Positions 12,285 to 24,575 of a stretch of DNA of 64,000 nucleotides are shown one piece after another. This stretch comes from Isurus oxyrinchus (lineage: Eukaryota). The translations under genes were made by a program, and so were the position numbers. The notes under the pieces were generated by a model. The model had not been told where the DNA came from. It did not search any database and saw nothing but the letters and a program-made list of their open reading frames with translations. Position 1 is the first letter of the stretch, and the number at the start of each line of letters is the position of its first letter. The DNA lies in NCBI GenBank assembly GCA_026770705.1, contig JANJGN010000007.1:108686001-108750000 (forward strand), read 5' to 3'.

Positions 12285-14135
12285 TATACGGGGATGAAGT
12301 ATAAACGTAGGGAAGGCTTGCTATTACCGAACAAGGCGTTGGTGAGACAACATCTTGAGTGCTCCCTGCAGTTTTAGTCTGTTATTTACGGAGGGATATG
12401 CTTGCATTGGAGGAAGTTTAAAGAAGATACACTAGGTTGATTCCTGGGATAAAGCCGTTGTCTTATGAGGAAAGGTTGAACAGGTTGTGCCTCTACTCAT
12501 TGGAGTTCAGAAGTGATTTTGTTGAAACGAATAAGGTTCTCATGAGGCTTGAAAGGTTAGATTCTGGGACGATGTCTCTCTTCATGGAGGGATCCAGAAC
12601 TAAGTTTCCGAATCGGGGAAGTACCATTTAAGCGAGATGAAGAGTACTTTCTTTTCTCTGTAACCTTTGGAATTATTTACCGAGAGAACTGATCTGAGAG
12701 AGCCAGTATAGATTTGGAAAAGCCAAGTAAGCCTGGCGAACCTGATTGATTCTTTTGAAGAGGTGATTGAAGTAGTGGACAGGAAATGGCGATGGATGTT
12801 ATTGATATGGACTTCCAATAGGTTTGATAAATATTCTCATCAGAGATTTCATGTAAGATTTGAGCTGAGGGGGTTGAAGATAAATTATTGGCCTGGTTAG
12901 GAAATTGGCTGCCTGTAAAGAGACAGAGACATCATGAACAGGTACCTTGCTTGGCATGAACGGATGAGTGCTGTCCCGCAAGGATTTATGATGAGCCCTT
13001 CGCTATTCACCTATTTGCAATATTTTTAAGGACTTAGATGATGGTATAAACAACTGCATATCCAAGTTTGCTGATGACAAAAAGATAGATGGCTATGTAA
13101 GCAGTGTCGGTGGAAGCAAAAAAGTAGAAAGAGATATCAATAGATTAAGTGAACGGTCAAAGCTTGCCAAATGGATTTCAATGTAGAAAAATGTGGGTTC
13201 ATCCATTTTGCACCAAAAGTGGAACGGGTACAGTGATTTCTAAATGGCGAAAGGCTTGAAGCAGTGGAAGACCAAGAGGTCATAAAATGTCATGAACCGA
13301 TATAGAAAACATTCAAGAAATGGAATGTAATGCTAGCTTTTATATATAGAACAGTAGAATAAAAGGGGACAGGAGTTATACTTCAGATATGCAAAGACCT
13401 GGAGCGCACACCTGGTATACCGTGGGCATTTTGGCTTTACACCTTCGGCAGGGTTGCCCTTGGAGAGAAGGCAACACAGGTTTACCAGAATAATGTCTGG
13501 GTTTGTTGCGTTAAAATATCAAAAGAGATTACACAAATTAGGATTGTAATCCCTGGAATTTTTATAGTAATATGTGATTTGATCAGTATTTTCAAGATTT
13601 TAAGGGGAACAGAGAGAGAAGTTAGGGATAAATTATTTCTGGTGTGTTAGGAGACTAGCAGGAGGGGTCGCCATCTAACCATTAGAGCCAAAACTTTCAG
13701 ACGTGAAATTCTACCACAAAGAGCAGTAGAAATTTAGAACTCCGTTTCCCAAATGGCAGCTCACTTAGATCAATTCAGCTGGTCAGGCAGCATATATGAA
13801 CAGGGTCACAATAATCATTTATGGTCGAGATAGCCATATATTCTAATGTCATCTCGACCTGAAACATTAATTCTGTTTTTCTCCACGGGTGTTGCCCGAC
13901 CTGCAGAGTATTTTCTGCACATTATATTTTTATTTTAGCTTTGCAGCATCCACAATATTTTACTTTTGTACTCTAGGTTAATTGTTTATTTTAAATCTGA
14001 GACTGAGAGATTTTTGTTCACAAAAGCTGCGAAGGGATATGGAGTTAGCTGACAGATCATCCATGAGCTCATTGACTGGCAAGCTTGCTAGAGGAGATCA
14101 AAAACCTAAACTTGTTCCTATGTTGCTACATTCCT
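12285..14135 (+). mobile_element. Degenerate CR1 RT fragments (two pieces) with a ~200-bp Penelope-derived insert at ~13775-13970
   Basis: LSYEERLNRLCLYSLEFR; tccaagtttgctgatgac (SKFADD); tail gttcctatgtt. Confidence 0.8.
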
Positions 14136-14223
14136 AGGTTACACATCTCTCTGGGCGCAACTTAGAGCTGTAAGTGTTCCATTCTGTTTATGTGATGATG
14201 AATGGATTTGTTTCCGCTTTTAC

Positions 14224-14360
14224 CTACAGCACACCCTGTTCAGCATATTTGAAAAACCCTACTGCACGTACTGAATGCCGGTGCACCGCATACCAACCAA
14301 AGGCGCTCACCAGCGTAATGGCTATAAATACATATATCAAAATCCAGCGACTTGCATCTG
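14224..14360 (-). pseudogene. Orphan transmembrane-type exon (possible third IgSF receptor remnant)
   Basis: Acceptor ctcttcctacttatag|CAG (NAGNAG), phase 1. Encodes ADASRWILIYVFIAITLVSAFGWYAVHRHS. No partner Ig exon recognised nearby. Confidence 0.4.
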
Positions 14361-16321
14361 CTATAAGTAGGAAGAGTATGTTTGTCCGGCCCATGATTGT
14401 GCAAATCTGCTTCGGCTGTGATGTCAACATGTCGGATGCAATGACAGGCCTATCTCATCCCCATTTACCTTTTGGCCTTATTCCCTATGAACGTTTTTTG
14501 GGTGCCACGGAGACTTCCCTCCTCCACTGCCTGATCAGAACGCCCAGGTTACCTGAATTCACATGTACTGATCAGGTGGCTTCTGATAAATGATTGCAAT
14601 GTCAATCAGAGTTTAGCACTACCCCATTAGCAGTAACCGCCAATCAAATATCCTCATGTGTGTTTCAATTACACATGCACGTCCAGTGTGCGTAAAGCAG
14701 GCTTTTGGGGTCTGTGTACATGTATGTGTGACTTACATTGAACGTAATCAGAGGGCAAGGTTTAAATGATCAAAGAATTAGGTGCAAAAGCAGGTTTTTT
14801 GATGTGGAGATGGGCAAGCACGTAATTATAACATGAATAAGGATTTGCTTTCCGAGATAAATGAATAGTTGAATTTTTAGCTGTTGAATTTCAAAGAGAA
14901 AGAAAAGGATGTTTCTCAACTGGCAAAGGTCATAAATGAATAAGGCAAAGTTACTAAGTTTACTTTTTCCGAAATGGTGGCCATAAAGACAACAGGGAAT
15001 TCTTTTATATTTTGGGAAAGGAATCGTCCAAGGAAGGTTTAGAACGATGAGTTTATTGGTAAAAGAGAAAAAAACATATTTAAGGAAAGATTAAAAATGG
15101 TATGAGGTATGGCCATGTGATATTTTGAAGAGTGTGCTGGGTGAAGACAGACCTGTGAGGTAAGCAGCCTCTAGCCACCCCAGAGAAGTGTCTTCTTGTT
15201 TTGTTAAAAGCCTTGGATTTCCATTGTCGAGAGAGAGGGAGAAAGAACCCCAGTAGCAACAGTGAATGCCTTGTAGTAATATTACTGGATGTTTTATAGA
15301 TTAAGAATCGAAAGGGATTATTCCCTGGAAAAAGGTGTTTATTTGTGACCCCAGCTAAGTAGAAATCTTTTGGAAACGTTATAAGACTAAATTTAACTGT
15401 ACAACTGTAACCTTGTGATTTTAAGTTTTATTTTGTTTTTTTAAATCATTGCTCTCATTTAAAATCTCTAAATGTGCTAAGGGAAACTTTACTTCTTCAT
15501 TCAGTACACATACTATTTCGTAATAATAATGCAAATTGCAAATCGTTGTGATAGCTTGACCAAATTTCCCTTTGGATTTGGTCAGTCTGGCAATTACTAC
15601 CTGCCATATCATAGCACTTGTATCGTTTTGACAGGAGGCCCTGGAATACCTAATGCTCATAACATATTCCTGACCACAACTTCAGTTGTTTCTTAAAGAT
15701 ACATGCCAACTTTAAGGCTTCTTATAACTTATCCAAAAAATCACGAATTACTCCAATAATAGATACAAATTAAGAGTCTTCATCATTTATCTTATGCACA
15801 GTACAATTTGATGACTTACATGTTATTAATTACACAAATGTGACAACATGATGAAGCCCAATGCATATCTCGCCCCCCTGTGAATTAAATTGCTTGATAA
15901 AGGTAATATTGCTGATAGCAAAGCAGTGATTGCAGCACAATTTGACACGAATGCAAACGAGTAGGAGATAAATTTAAGGTTAATATCCGGAAGATTTATC
16001 TTCACAGAACAGTGGTCAACATATGGAAGGGACCACCAAGTAGATGAGCAGGGATGCAAAAACCCATGGAATAAATTCAGAAACATTTAGATATTCGATT
16101 TGGAGGGTAGGATCATCCAGGACGCAGGTCCCACTTTTATTTTCTCATCTGCATCTACCTTGCGCGCATGATTTCTGCTGCAAATTCTCTTGTTCATTTC
16201 ACAATATCCAAACCAAAATGTAAAAACAACCATTGGCCTGATGATAGTGAAAGTTTAGGCTAGTCTGCTTTAAATACAGAATTATCATTTGTACTTTTGC
16301 ATATATTATCAGCGCCATAAA

Positions 16322-16615
16322 CATAGAGTCATAGAGTTATATCGCGCAGAAACAGGCCCATCGACCCATCGTGCCCATGCGGGCCATCAAGCGCCTATCT
16401 ATTCTAATCCCATTTTCCACACACGTGGCCCGTAGTCCTCTATGTTGTGGCGTTTCAAAAGCTCATTTGAACACTCCTTAAATGTTCTGAGGGTTCCTGC
16501 CTCTAGCATGCCCTCAGACAGTGTGCTCCAGATTCCAACCACACTCTGGATGAAAAAAAGACCTCAAATCCCCTCTAAACCTCCTGTTCCTTAATTTAAA
16601 CATATGCCTCTTTGG
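16322..16615 (-). mobile_element. CR1 3' tail, same subfamily as 10085-10323
   Basis: catagagtcatagagttat..gaaacaggccc is the reverse complement of the CR1 terminus. Confidence 0.85.
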
Positions 16616-17506
16616 ATATAGTTATAGTTAAAACTATGGTCGTTGATGTTCAGTTAAAGCTTGTCATTTTTTTAATCACATATTTACTTTGGTTTACAGG
16701 CATGTAGCCAATTTGGAAAGCCGATTTAACGTAATTCTCAGGGCTAAAAATGAAATTAAGAGTTGAGATGCCTGTCAGTATTGATCTCCCGAAGCTCGTT
16801 CAATGAGTAAATATCGAATGCTATGTCAGATCTTTGGACAGTGCCGCATTTAAAAAAAAATATTGTCCCATGTTGTGGTACACATGTAAGCATCTGCTTT
16901 ATTTTTTCAACAATTAATAAATTTTAAGATCGCACTAAGATTTCCACGAAGTAATTCGAGTTCATCCTTTTCATTGCGGCTCCTTTATTTTAGCTAATGT
17001 AACAGCGATGCAGAAAGTATTGTGAGGGAAACAACACAAGAGACAAAAACAGTGATGGAAGTGAACTTGTAACATAACATAAATAAAATGGCATTTAAAT
17101 ACGTATCTATAGTGATTATGTCCTTGTTCCATGCATACCATCTTTATTTAATTGCTCCTTATTTAATGCGCCGTCGGCTACAAGTTAATGTTCTGGGGAT
17201 GTCCAGTTCATGTTCAGTGATGCCCGGCCTTCATGCTAGCACTGGTGACAGCACTTCATCGCTTCAACCCTACTGCCTGAAATTCCTCTCCGAAACAATT
17301 ATACATCTGCATTTCTCCAAGCTCAAGAAGGAGCCTCAGTGAAGCTAAATTTAATGTGGATCGGGGGAAATGTTTTCAGTGACTGTAGTCATACCTGGCA
17401 GGAAAATGATTATGTTTGTTTGATACCAACCCTCTCATTCCCTGGGTTGCAAGAGTTCCACGGGGTATTATTACCGGCCCAGCTCTCTTCATCTACATAA
17501 ACAATT

Positions 17507-17571
17507 GCGCTTGGCCTAAATAGCTTAAGTGGTTATGGTACTGGGCTTGAAACCCCCAGATCAAGAGTTCA
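17507..17571 (+). mobile_element. 5' half of a tRNA-headed SINE-like element (Tx1 target)
   Basis: A box TAGCTTAAGTGG (17521-17532), anticodon-like arm CTGGG..CCCAG, B box interrupted at GAGTTCA by Tx1. Preceded by TACATAAACAATT (17494-17506). Confidence 0.8.
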
Positions 17572-17639
17572 TCTTCTTAACGATCTTGTTGAGGCAATTG
17601 TGGATTCAGTTTGTTCCCTGATCCTGAGGAGAGAAGGTC

Positions 17640-17900
17640 TGTGGTGTTTTTGTTGCTGCTCCTCTTCAGTGTTTCAACTGTTTCTGCTGCTGCTTTTGGG
17701 GTTGTTGCTTCTGCTGCTGCCTTGCCCCTGTTTGGACCAAGAGGGAGAGAGGAACAACTGCTGCTGCTGCTTTGGGGTTGTTGCTTCTGCTGCTGTTGCT
17801 GCTTCTGCTGCTGCTCCTCCAGTGCTGCTGCTGCTGCTCCCTTGCCCTTGTGGTGCCAAAGGAGAGAGAGGGAGAGAAGAGAACAGTTGCTGCTATTGCT
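17640..17900 (+). repeat. (CTG/TTG)n-rich low-complexity tract with a duplicated subunit in the Tx1 5' UTR
   Basis: Runs of gctgctgct; ctgctgctgcttttggggttgttgcttctgctgctg and ccttgccc..gagaga..gaaca each occur twice. Confidence 0.85.
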
Positions 17901-18376
17901 ACAGGACAGGAAGGCCAGGAGGCCAGGACTGAGTTCAAAAACAACATCCTAGGTGGGTGTCTGAACTGTGTATTTTTGTTTAAGGTAGGGGCAATTAAGG
18001 ACTGTGTTTTGTAGGGGGAGGCAAGAAGACTGCCAGAGGGGTTGGGGAAGGAAGAGAGGGAGGGTGTGTGTGTGTGCTGAAACCATCTTTCTGCCACCCC
18101 TCCCCCAACCTAGCCCTTCCCGGTAAGGCCAGCAGTAGCTGGTGAAGACATCGCCTCCCCCTGCCTGAAGAACATCAGGCCCCCACACACCGTCCATCCA
18201 CCATCGAGGACACCCACCTGGACATTTACCTCTTTCCCTCCTGTGCCTCCCTGTCTTTTACTCCTCTCCCTCCTCTCCTCTCCTGCCTAAAAGAGGGGAG
18301 GTTGTTTCTACCTCTCTCCCCCACCCCCTTTCCTCCCCAGGGAGGAATACTAATATATATATATAAAAAAAACAAA

Positions 18377-20518
18377 ATGGCCAATCCTTCCCAGGGTGGG
18401 CGTGGCTCAGCACCTAAGGCCAATTCACCATCGCCTGTGGCCGGGCCCTCGAGGGCTAATGTGGAGGTGGTTTTGTCACCGGTGGCAGGGCCTCAAAAAA
18501 AGAAAACCTATGCGGGGGTGATTGCTTCTGCAGCACCAGCTGCTCCTGCTGCCCTGTCACCATTCCGCTTCCTTACCAGGGCCCTCGGGGTTAAGTGCTA
18601 CGCCCACCCGGAGATGACTATTGAGGCCTGCGTGAAGGCTATGGCTGGGGTTGTCGGCCCCTCAGCCGTTGTCGCGGCCTCAAAAATGTATGGGAGGGCC
18701 ATCTTTTTCTTGAGGTCCGAGCGGGCGGTGCAACTCGCCCTGCAGAAGGGGCTCACTGTGGGCGGGACTTTTCTGGCGGTGGACCCCCTTGAGGCCACCG
18801 CCCAGAAGATTGTTATTTCGAACGTCCCGCCCTTTATACCATGTGAGCTCCTCCTCCCCCACCTTAATAAGCTGGGGGAGGTCAGGTCAGGGGTTGCGCC
18901 AGTCCCGCTTGGCCTCAGAGACTCGACCCTCCGCCACGTGTACTCCTTCCGGCGCCAGGTTTTCATCCGTTTGGCCCGGGAGGAGTGCCTGGAGGGGGCT
19001 TTTGTTGTTAATTTTGAGGGGACCGCCTATCGGGTCTTCTGGACCACGGAGGGCGTGCGGTGCCATGCCTGTAAGGAGGCGGGGCACATAAGAAAGAACT
19101 GCCCCGCCTCCAAGGCCACGAGCCCCACCCAAGCGGCCACGGCTGGCACCGCCCCTCCTCCACCCGCCACCACTCCATCTCCCTCCCCGCAAGGGGAAGC
19201 GACCCCGGCAGCAGTTGCCATCTCGGTTGCCGGTGAGGCGGGGGGAGAGCCCCCGCGCCGTAAGAAGGCGCGGAGGAAGACCCGAAATTTGGAGGCGGTC
19301 CCTGAGACGCCCCAGACCCCTCAAACACATGGAAAAACCGGCTCAGGGGAGAAAACATCGTCCGGCCCCGGCATCGTGTCCGCGTGTGCTCCCGGGTCCG
19401 TGGGCACTAAGGCGCCAAGTGCTGGGCCCGGCGTCGTCCCTGCGCGTGCTCCCGGGGCCGGCGGGGAAAAGACGCGGGACCCCGAGCCGAAAGAAAAATT
19501 GAAAACCCAGAGGGTGGAGTGTCCGGGAGGGCTGGGAAAGGAGGAGGGGGCCTCGGAAATGGAGGTCTCCCTAGCCCCCAGCCTGACCCGGAAGAGGCGT
19601 CACACTTTGGAGGAGGAAGTGGGCGATGCCCAAACTGACGAAGTTGGGTGTGTCCCTTCCCCTGATGAAGAGGTGGTGGCGTCTCCACCCAGTAAAACCT
19701 CGCCCTGCCCTCTGTGGGAACCCAAAACTCCTGCACCTACTCCCACCACTGTTCCCCCCGTCAACCTGCTGCAGTCCCCTGAACAGGGCCCCTCGGGGGT
19801 CGCTGAGGGCACCTCCCTTGAGGTGGTGTCCGACTCCAGGGAACTTAATACCCCGGAGGTACTTTCTAGCTCGTCGGGGGATTGCAGGTTTGAAATAGTA
19901 AAGAATATAAATGGGTCATTGGGTGGCGGCGAAAAGGAGGGCCTTCCCGCTCCCTCCCTAACCTTGACACCGGGCATCCTATGTTTAGGTCAGGAGCTTG
20001 TCCTGAGCTCCCCGGACGACCCGGTGCCGGGAGGAGAGCGGGCATCAGAACTGCCGCTGCCCTCTGGCCTAAAAAGTTTCGAGGAGACCAGAGAGGACTC
20101 CTCTGGCCTTGATCCTGGGGGTGGGATCGAGGCTGAGATAGAGCCAGCTGGCAGCTCTGAATCAGCCCCCGTACTCAATGCGGGGGAGGGGTCGGAAGCT
20201 GGAGGCGACAACCCGGAAGAGGACGGGGTGTCGGTGGTGAGCGCTGGGGATTACGCGGAGTCACTCTCAGGCGAGGCGGTGGATCCCCTGGTGCCCTCCA
20301 CTGACTCCCCCCTCATCCCCCCAAGGGAACTCCGGGACTTTTTGTCGGGGAACCGCGGTCGCCGAGACAGGGTTCAGTTGGCCTTGGACCGGTGGCATTC
20401 ATTTCCGCTGGTGTTCTGGTCCACTCGCGAGGCTCTCAAGTCTCCTGAGTTGGATAGGAACGCGCAGCGGAGGGTCCAAATGTTTCTCGCTGGGCTCCTG
20501 AAGGAGAGGAAGGACTAA
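18377..20518 (+). CDS. Tx1 ORF1 protein (713 aa): N-terminal RNA-binding region, CCHC zinc knuckle, long Pro/Ser/Glu-rich tail
   Basis: Open from aaaATGG (MANPSQGG). Contains AASKMYGRAIFFL, ISNVPPFIP, RHVYSFRRQV and CHACKEAGHIRKNC, typical of Tx1 ORF1. Confidence 0.92.
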   Translation: MANPSQGGRGSAPKANSPSPVAGPSRANVEVVLSPVAGPQKKKTYAGVIASAAPAAPAALSPFRFLTRALGVKCYAHPEMTIEACVKAMAGVVGPSAVVAASKMYGRAIFFLRSERAVQLALQKGLTVGGTFLAVDPLEATAQKIVISNVPPFIPCELLLPHLNKLGEVRSGVAPVPLGLRDSTLRHVYSFRRQVFIRLAREECLEGAFVVNFEGTAYRVFWTTEGVRCHACKEAGHIRKNCPASKATSPTQAATAGTAPPPPATTPSPSPQGEATPAAVAISVAGEAGGEPPRRKKARRKTRNLEAVPETPQTPQTHGKTGSGEKTSSGPGIVSACAPGSVGTKAPSAGPGVVPARAPGAGGEKTRDPEPKEKLKTQRVECPGGLGKEEGASEMEVSLAPSLTRKRRHTLEEEVGDAQTDEVGCVPSPDEEVVASPPSKTSPCPLWEPKTPAPTPTTVPPVNLLQSPEQGPSGVAEGTSLEVVSDSRELNTPEVLSSSSGDCRFEIVKNINGSLGGGEKEGLPAPSLTLTPGILCLGQELVLSSPDDPVPGGERASELPLPSGLKSFEETREDSSGLDPGGGIEAEIEPAGSSESAPVLNAGEGSEAGGDNPEEDGVSVVSAGDYAESLSGEAVDPLVPSTDSPLIPPRELRDFLSGNRGRRDRVQLALDRWHSFPLVFWSTREALKSPELDRNAQRRVQMFLAGLLKERKD

Positions 20519-20574
20519 AAAGTCCTCTTCTTCTTTTTAATTACTTAAGGTGAAGGTTTGATGTACCTTTGACA

Positions 20575-23500
20575 ATGAAGACGACTATAGCCAGCCTCAA
20601 CATCCGCGGCAGCAGGGGCGCACAGCGCAGGTTCCAGAACTTCTCGGTCCTCAGGGACGGGAAGTATGCGTTGTGCCTCCTGCAAGAAACCCATACTGTT
20701 CCGGGAGACGAAGCCACGTGGCTCCTGGAGTGGCGAGGGGGGATCTACATGAGTCACCTAGCCTCCAATTCTGGCGGGGTGGCTATCTTGTTGGCCCCAC
20801 ATTTTCAGCCGGAGATCTTGGGGGTCAAGGAGCTGGTGCCAGGCCGGTTGCTGCACCTGACTGTGCGTCTGGGGGGGGGCGGTGCTTCACTTCGTGAATG
20901 TATACGCTCCCCTGGGCACGCAGCAGCAAGCGAGCTTCTTTGAAGAAGTGTCCACTCATCTCGGCTCCATCGACGTTGGCGAGTGCATCGTCCTCGGGGG
21001 AGATTTCAACTGCACCCTCGGGGTCCGGGACTGTCACGGTACCCCGCACTGCACGCGAGGTGTGAGTAAGTTGCGGGACCTGGTCAGGTCCTTCGACTTA
21101 GTGGACGTCTGGCAAAATCTCCATCCTGACTCCAGCGTGTTCACCTTTGTGTCACCTGGAGTCGGAGCGTCCAGACTCGACCGCCTTTAAGTTTCAAAGG
21201 CGTACGTGTCCTGCGTTCCGGCTGCCTCTATACGGCAGGTTCCGTGCACGGACCACCGTCTGGTGTGGGCGGAGCTCACTTCGTTCTGCGCTCGGACGGG
21301 GTCCGCGTACTGGCATTTTAATAACCTGTTGTTGGAAGACCAGCGGTTCCTGGACTCGTTCCGTCGTTTCTGGGCCGGCTGGAGAAGGAAGCAGGGAGGC
21401 TTCCCCTCCTTGAGGCTATGGTGGGACGTGGGCAAGACTCACGTCCGAGTTTTCTGTCAAGAGTACGCGAAGGGGTCGACAAAGAGACGCAAATCCAGGG
21501 TCGAGGAGTTGGAGAAGGAGGTGCTCGACCTGGAGGCACGTCTCCATCAGCCTGATGCGGACCCGGCCCTGCGGTCGGTGTACGATGAGAAGAAGGGCGC
21601 GCTGCGGGACCTGCAATTGGTCGGGTCTCGGGGCGCGTTCGTGAGGTCGCGGATCCGGTTCCTCAGGGAGATGGACCGTGGCTCCCCCTTCTTCTACTCG
21701 CTGGAAAAAAGGCACGGGGTCCGTCAGCAGCTCTTTATGCTGCTGGCCGACGACGGATCCCTTGTCTCAGATCTGGAGGGCATCAGGGCCATCGCCCGAG
21801 ATTACTACACTGCCCTGTTCTCTCCGGATCCGTCTAGCGAGGACGCTTGCAGAGTTTTGTGGGAGGACCTGCTGCAGGTCAGCCCGGAGTGCGCCGGAAG
21901 GCTTGACTCCCCTATAAGTCTGGGGGAGCTGACCGGCGCACTCGACGGTCTTTCTAGGGGCAAATCCCCGGGACTAGACGGGCTGACCGTGGAGTTCTTC
22001 AGGGCGTTCTGGGACGTCTTGGGGAGCGACTTCGCGGGGGTCCTGGGGGAGAGTATCGCTACCGGGGAGATGCCCCTTTCGTGGCGCAGGGCCGTGATTG
22101 CCCTGCTGCCGAAGAAGGGGGATCTCCGCCTTCTTAAAAACTGGTGCCCGGTCTCCCTCCTCAGCACGGACTACAAAATCTTCGCCCGAGCCATGTCTTC
22201 CCGGCTCGGCACCGTGCTGGACCACATGATCCACCCTGACCAGTCCTACACCGTCCCGGACCGAACCATTTATGATAATATCCATCTGGTCCGGGACATC
22301 ATCCACTATTCCCAGAGGGCTGGTCTGTCGAGCGCCTTCCTGTCTCTCGATCAGGAGAAGGCGTTCGACAGGGTGGATCACGGATACTTACTCGGAACTC
22401 TGCGAGCGTTCGGGTTCGGGACGCATTTTGTCGCCCAGATCCGACTTTTGTATACCGCCGCGGAGTGTCTAGTGAAGGTTAACGGGTCCCTGACGGCGCC
22501 CCTTCGCTTTGGGAGAGGGGTACGTCAGGGCTGCCCCCTGTCTGGCCAGTTGTATTCTATTTGCGTGGAGCCTTTCCTGCGCCTCTTGCGGAGGAGGTTG
22601 CCGGGATTGGTCCTGCGCGGGCCGGGCATCGGGGTGGTCCTTTCGGCTTACGCCGATGACGTGCTCCTTATATTTAGTGACCCGGCTGACCTGCAGAGGA
22701 TGCGCGAGTGCCAGGAGGTCTACTCTGCCGCTTCTTCTGCCAGGATCAACTGCGGTAAATGTTCTGGACTCCTGGTCGGTCAGTGGCAGATGGATCCCCT
22801 ACCCGAGGAGCTCAGGTCTTTCACCTGGAGCAGGACCAGCCTCCTCTACCTGGGGGTCCATCTCTGCCCCGCTGAGGAATCCTGGCCGGCAAACTGGCAG
22901 GAACTGGAGACGAAAGTCACCGCTCACCTGCGGCGCTGGACAGGACTGCTCCGAGTGCTATCTTATCGAGGTCGAGTTCTGGTCATAAACCAGCTGATCA
23001 CCGCCATGTTGTGGTATCGGCTGGTCACTTTGACCCCTCCCCTGGACTTTGTCACAAGAATCCAGAGATTGTTAGTCGACTTCTTCTGGGACAAAAGATT
23101 GCACTGGGTCGCTGCCGAGGTTCTGAGTCTCCTGCTTAGGGAGGGCAGTCAGGCGCTAGTGTGCCTACGCACACAGGTGGCGACTTTCCGCCTTCAGACC
23201 CTGCAGCGATACCTCTACATTGAGCCTCCTCCTAGATGGTGTGCCCTGATGACGTATTTCTTCCATCAGGTGCACGGCCTGAATTATGACGTGCAGCTCC
23301 TGTTTATAGAACAGCTGGGCCTCGGTGGCTCCTTGCAGGCGTTGCCCATCTTTTACCAGGACCTGATCAAAGTCTGGAAAGTGGTCGCCTCACGACGCAG
23401 CTCTCCCCCGTCAGGAGTAGCGGCTATCGTCAGAGAGCCACTGCTCAGGAATCCGCCCCTCCGTCCCTTTCAGTGGTTGGCGGAGAGGAGGGCTGTGGCC

Positions 23501-24466
23501 GCAGGGGTGACCAGGATCGGGGACGTGCTGGGTGGTGGAGGACTGGGCTGGATGCTCCTGCAGGAGTTGGCGCGACGCGCGTCTGTGAGTGTCCAGGTCG
23601 CAGCCGATGCCATCCAAGACCTGAGAACGGTCGTGTTCGGACCCGACGTTATTTTGGGTCTTGAGGTGGTCCAGGTGCGCGGTGGTCTTCCGTCTGAACG
23701 TTCCCCTGTTCGGACAGAATTCCACATTGGCCCCAAGCCCCGAACCCTCCCTAGGGTGCTGGGGCCCCGCAATATGAGCCGCCTCGGGGACATGCCCTCC
23801 GTGCCTTTTAGCACAGCAAAGAGAGGCTTTTTGTACAGACTGCTGCTGCACACCTTCCATTTTCTAGCCCTTGTCCGCCGCCCGGACATGCCCTGGCGTG
23901 CCTTGTTGCCGTCCGGCGGTGGAGGCCCCCGATGGGAGGCCCTCTATGGAGGTGTCCTCCCCCTTTCTATCGGGGACCTGGGTTGGAGGGTGTTGCATGC
24001 AGCAGTCCCCTATAATAAGAGGATGCATAGGTTCACGGACTCTCAGGACACGTGCCCTTTTTGCGGTCTTGTGGAGTCCGTGGACCATGTATACATAGGG
24101 TGTTGTAGGCTGCACTCCCTTTTTAGTTATTTGAAAAACCTTTTATTGATGTTTTGTTTGCACTTCAGCCCCACGCTCCTGATCTATGGGCACCCGGTGC
24201 GGAAGGGGGTCGGGAAGGAGGAGGACCTCCTCGTGAACCTGCTCCTGGGCCTGGCCAAGTTGGCCATTAAAAGGTCCAGGCGGCGGGCGATCGACGGGGG
24301 AGTCCCGCCCGATTGTTTGTCCCTCTTCCGCGGCTACGTTCGCTGCCGGATGTCCCTGGAGAGGGAGCACGCGGTGTCTGCTGGCAGTCTCGAGGCCTTC
24401 CGTGCTCGGTGGGCACCGCGGGGACTGGGGTGTTTTGTTGACCCCTTTAATCACATTTTGATTTAA
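20575..24466 (+). pseudogene. Tx1 ORF2 (APE endonuclease, reverse transcriptase, C-terminal zinc finger), ~1296 aa when repaired
   Basis: APE motifs LQETH, GGDFN, RLDR, TDH. RT motifs LDQEKAFD, RQGCPLSG, AYADDV. Zinc finger CPFC..ESVDHVYIGC. +1 frameshift in the G9 run at 20871-20879 and TAA at 21188-21190; the remaining 1086 codons are open. Confidence 0.93.
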
Positions 24467-24575
24467 AGTTTGTAAGTTTCCTTTAAACTTTGTTCTTGGT
24501 TTTACAGCTGACCTGAATTAGGGGCTGTGCCTGATTTATCCCGATTTTGTTGATTTGGTTTTCATTTAAAAGATT

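Larger units (their letters stand above)
17572..24575 (+). mobile_element. Full-length Tx1-clade non-LTR retrotransposon, young, two lesions in ORF2
   Basis: ~800-nt 5' UTR, ORF1 with CCHC knuckle, ORF2 with APE-RT-zinc finger, T-rich 3' UTR ending TTTAAAAGATT. Flanked by ATCAAGAGTTCA at 17560-17571 and 24576-24587. Confidence 0.95.

Noticed and set aside
14820-15620. Possible solo LTR
   Set aside because: The 3' end looks LTR-like, but I could not define a TG start, a TSD or a second copy.
17512-17571. Functional tRNA gene (GAA anticodon-like loop)
   Set aside because: Acceptor and T stems pair poorly when reconstituted, it has a non-tRNA tail and a TSD, and it is split by Tx1; treated as a SINE head.
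17600-18097. PolyQ/polyL/polyA/polyC ORFs on both strands
   Set aside because: Artefacts of the CTG-rich Tx1 5' UTR.
18598-24454. Many overlapping antisense and alternate-frame ORFs
   Set aside because: Expected shadows of GC-rich Tx1 coding sequence, with no domain signatures.
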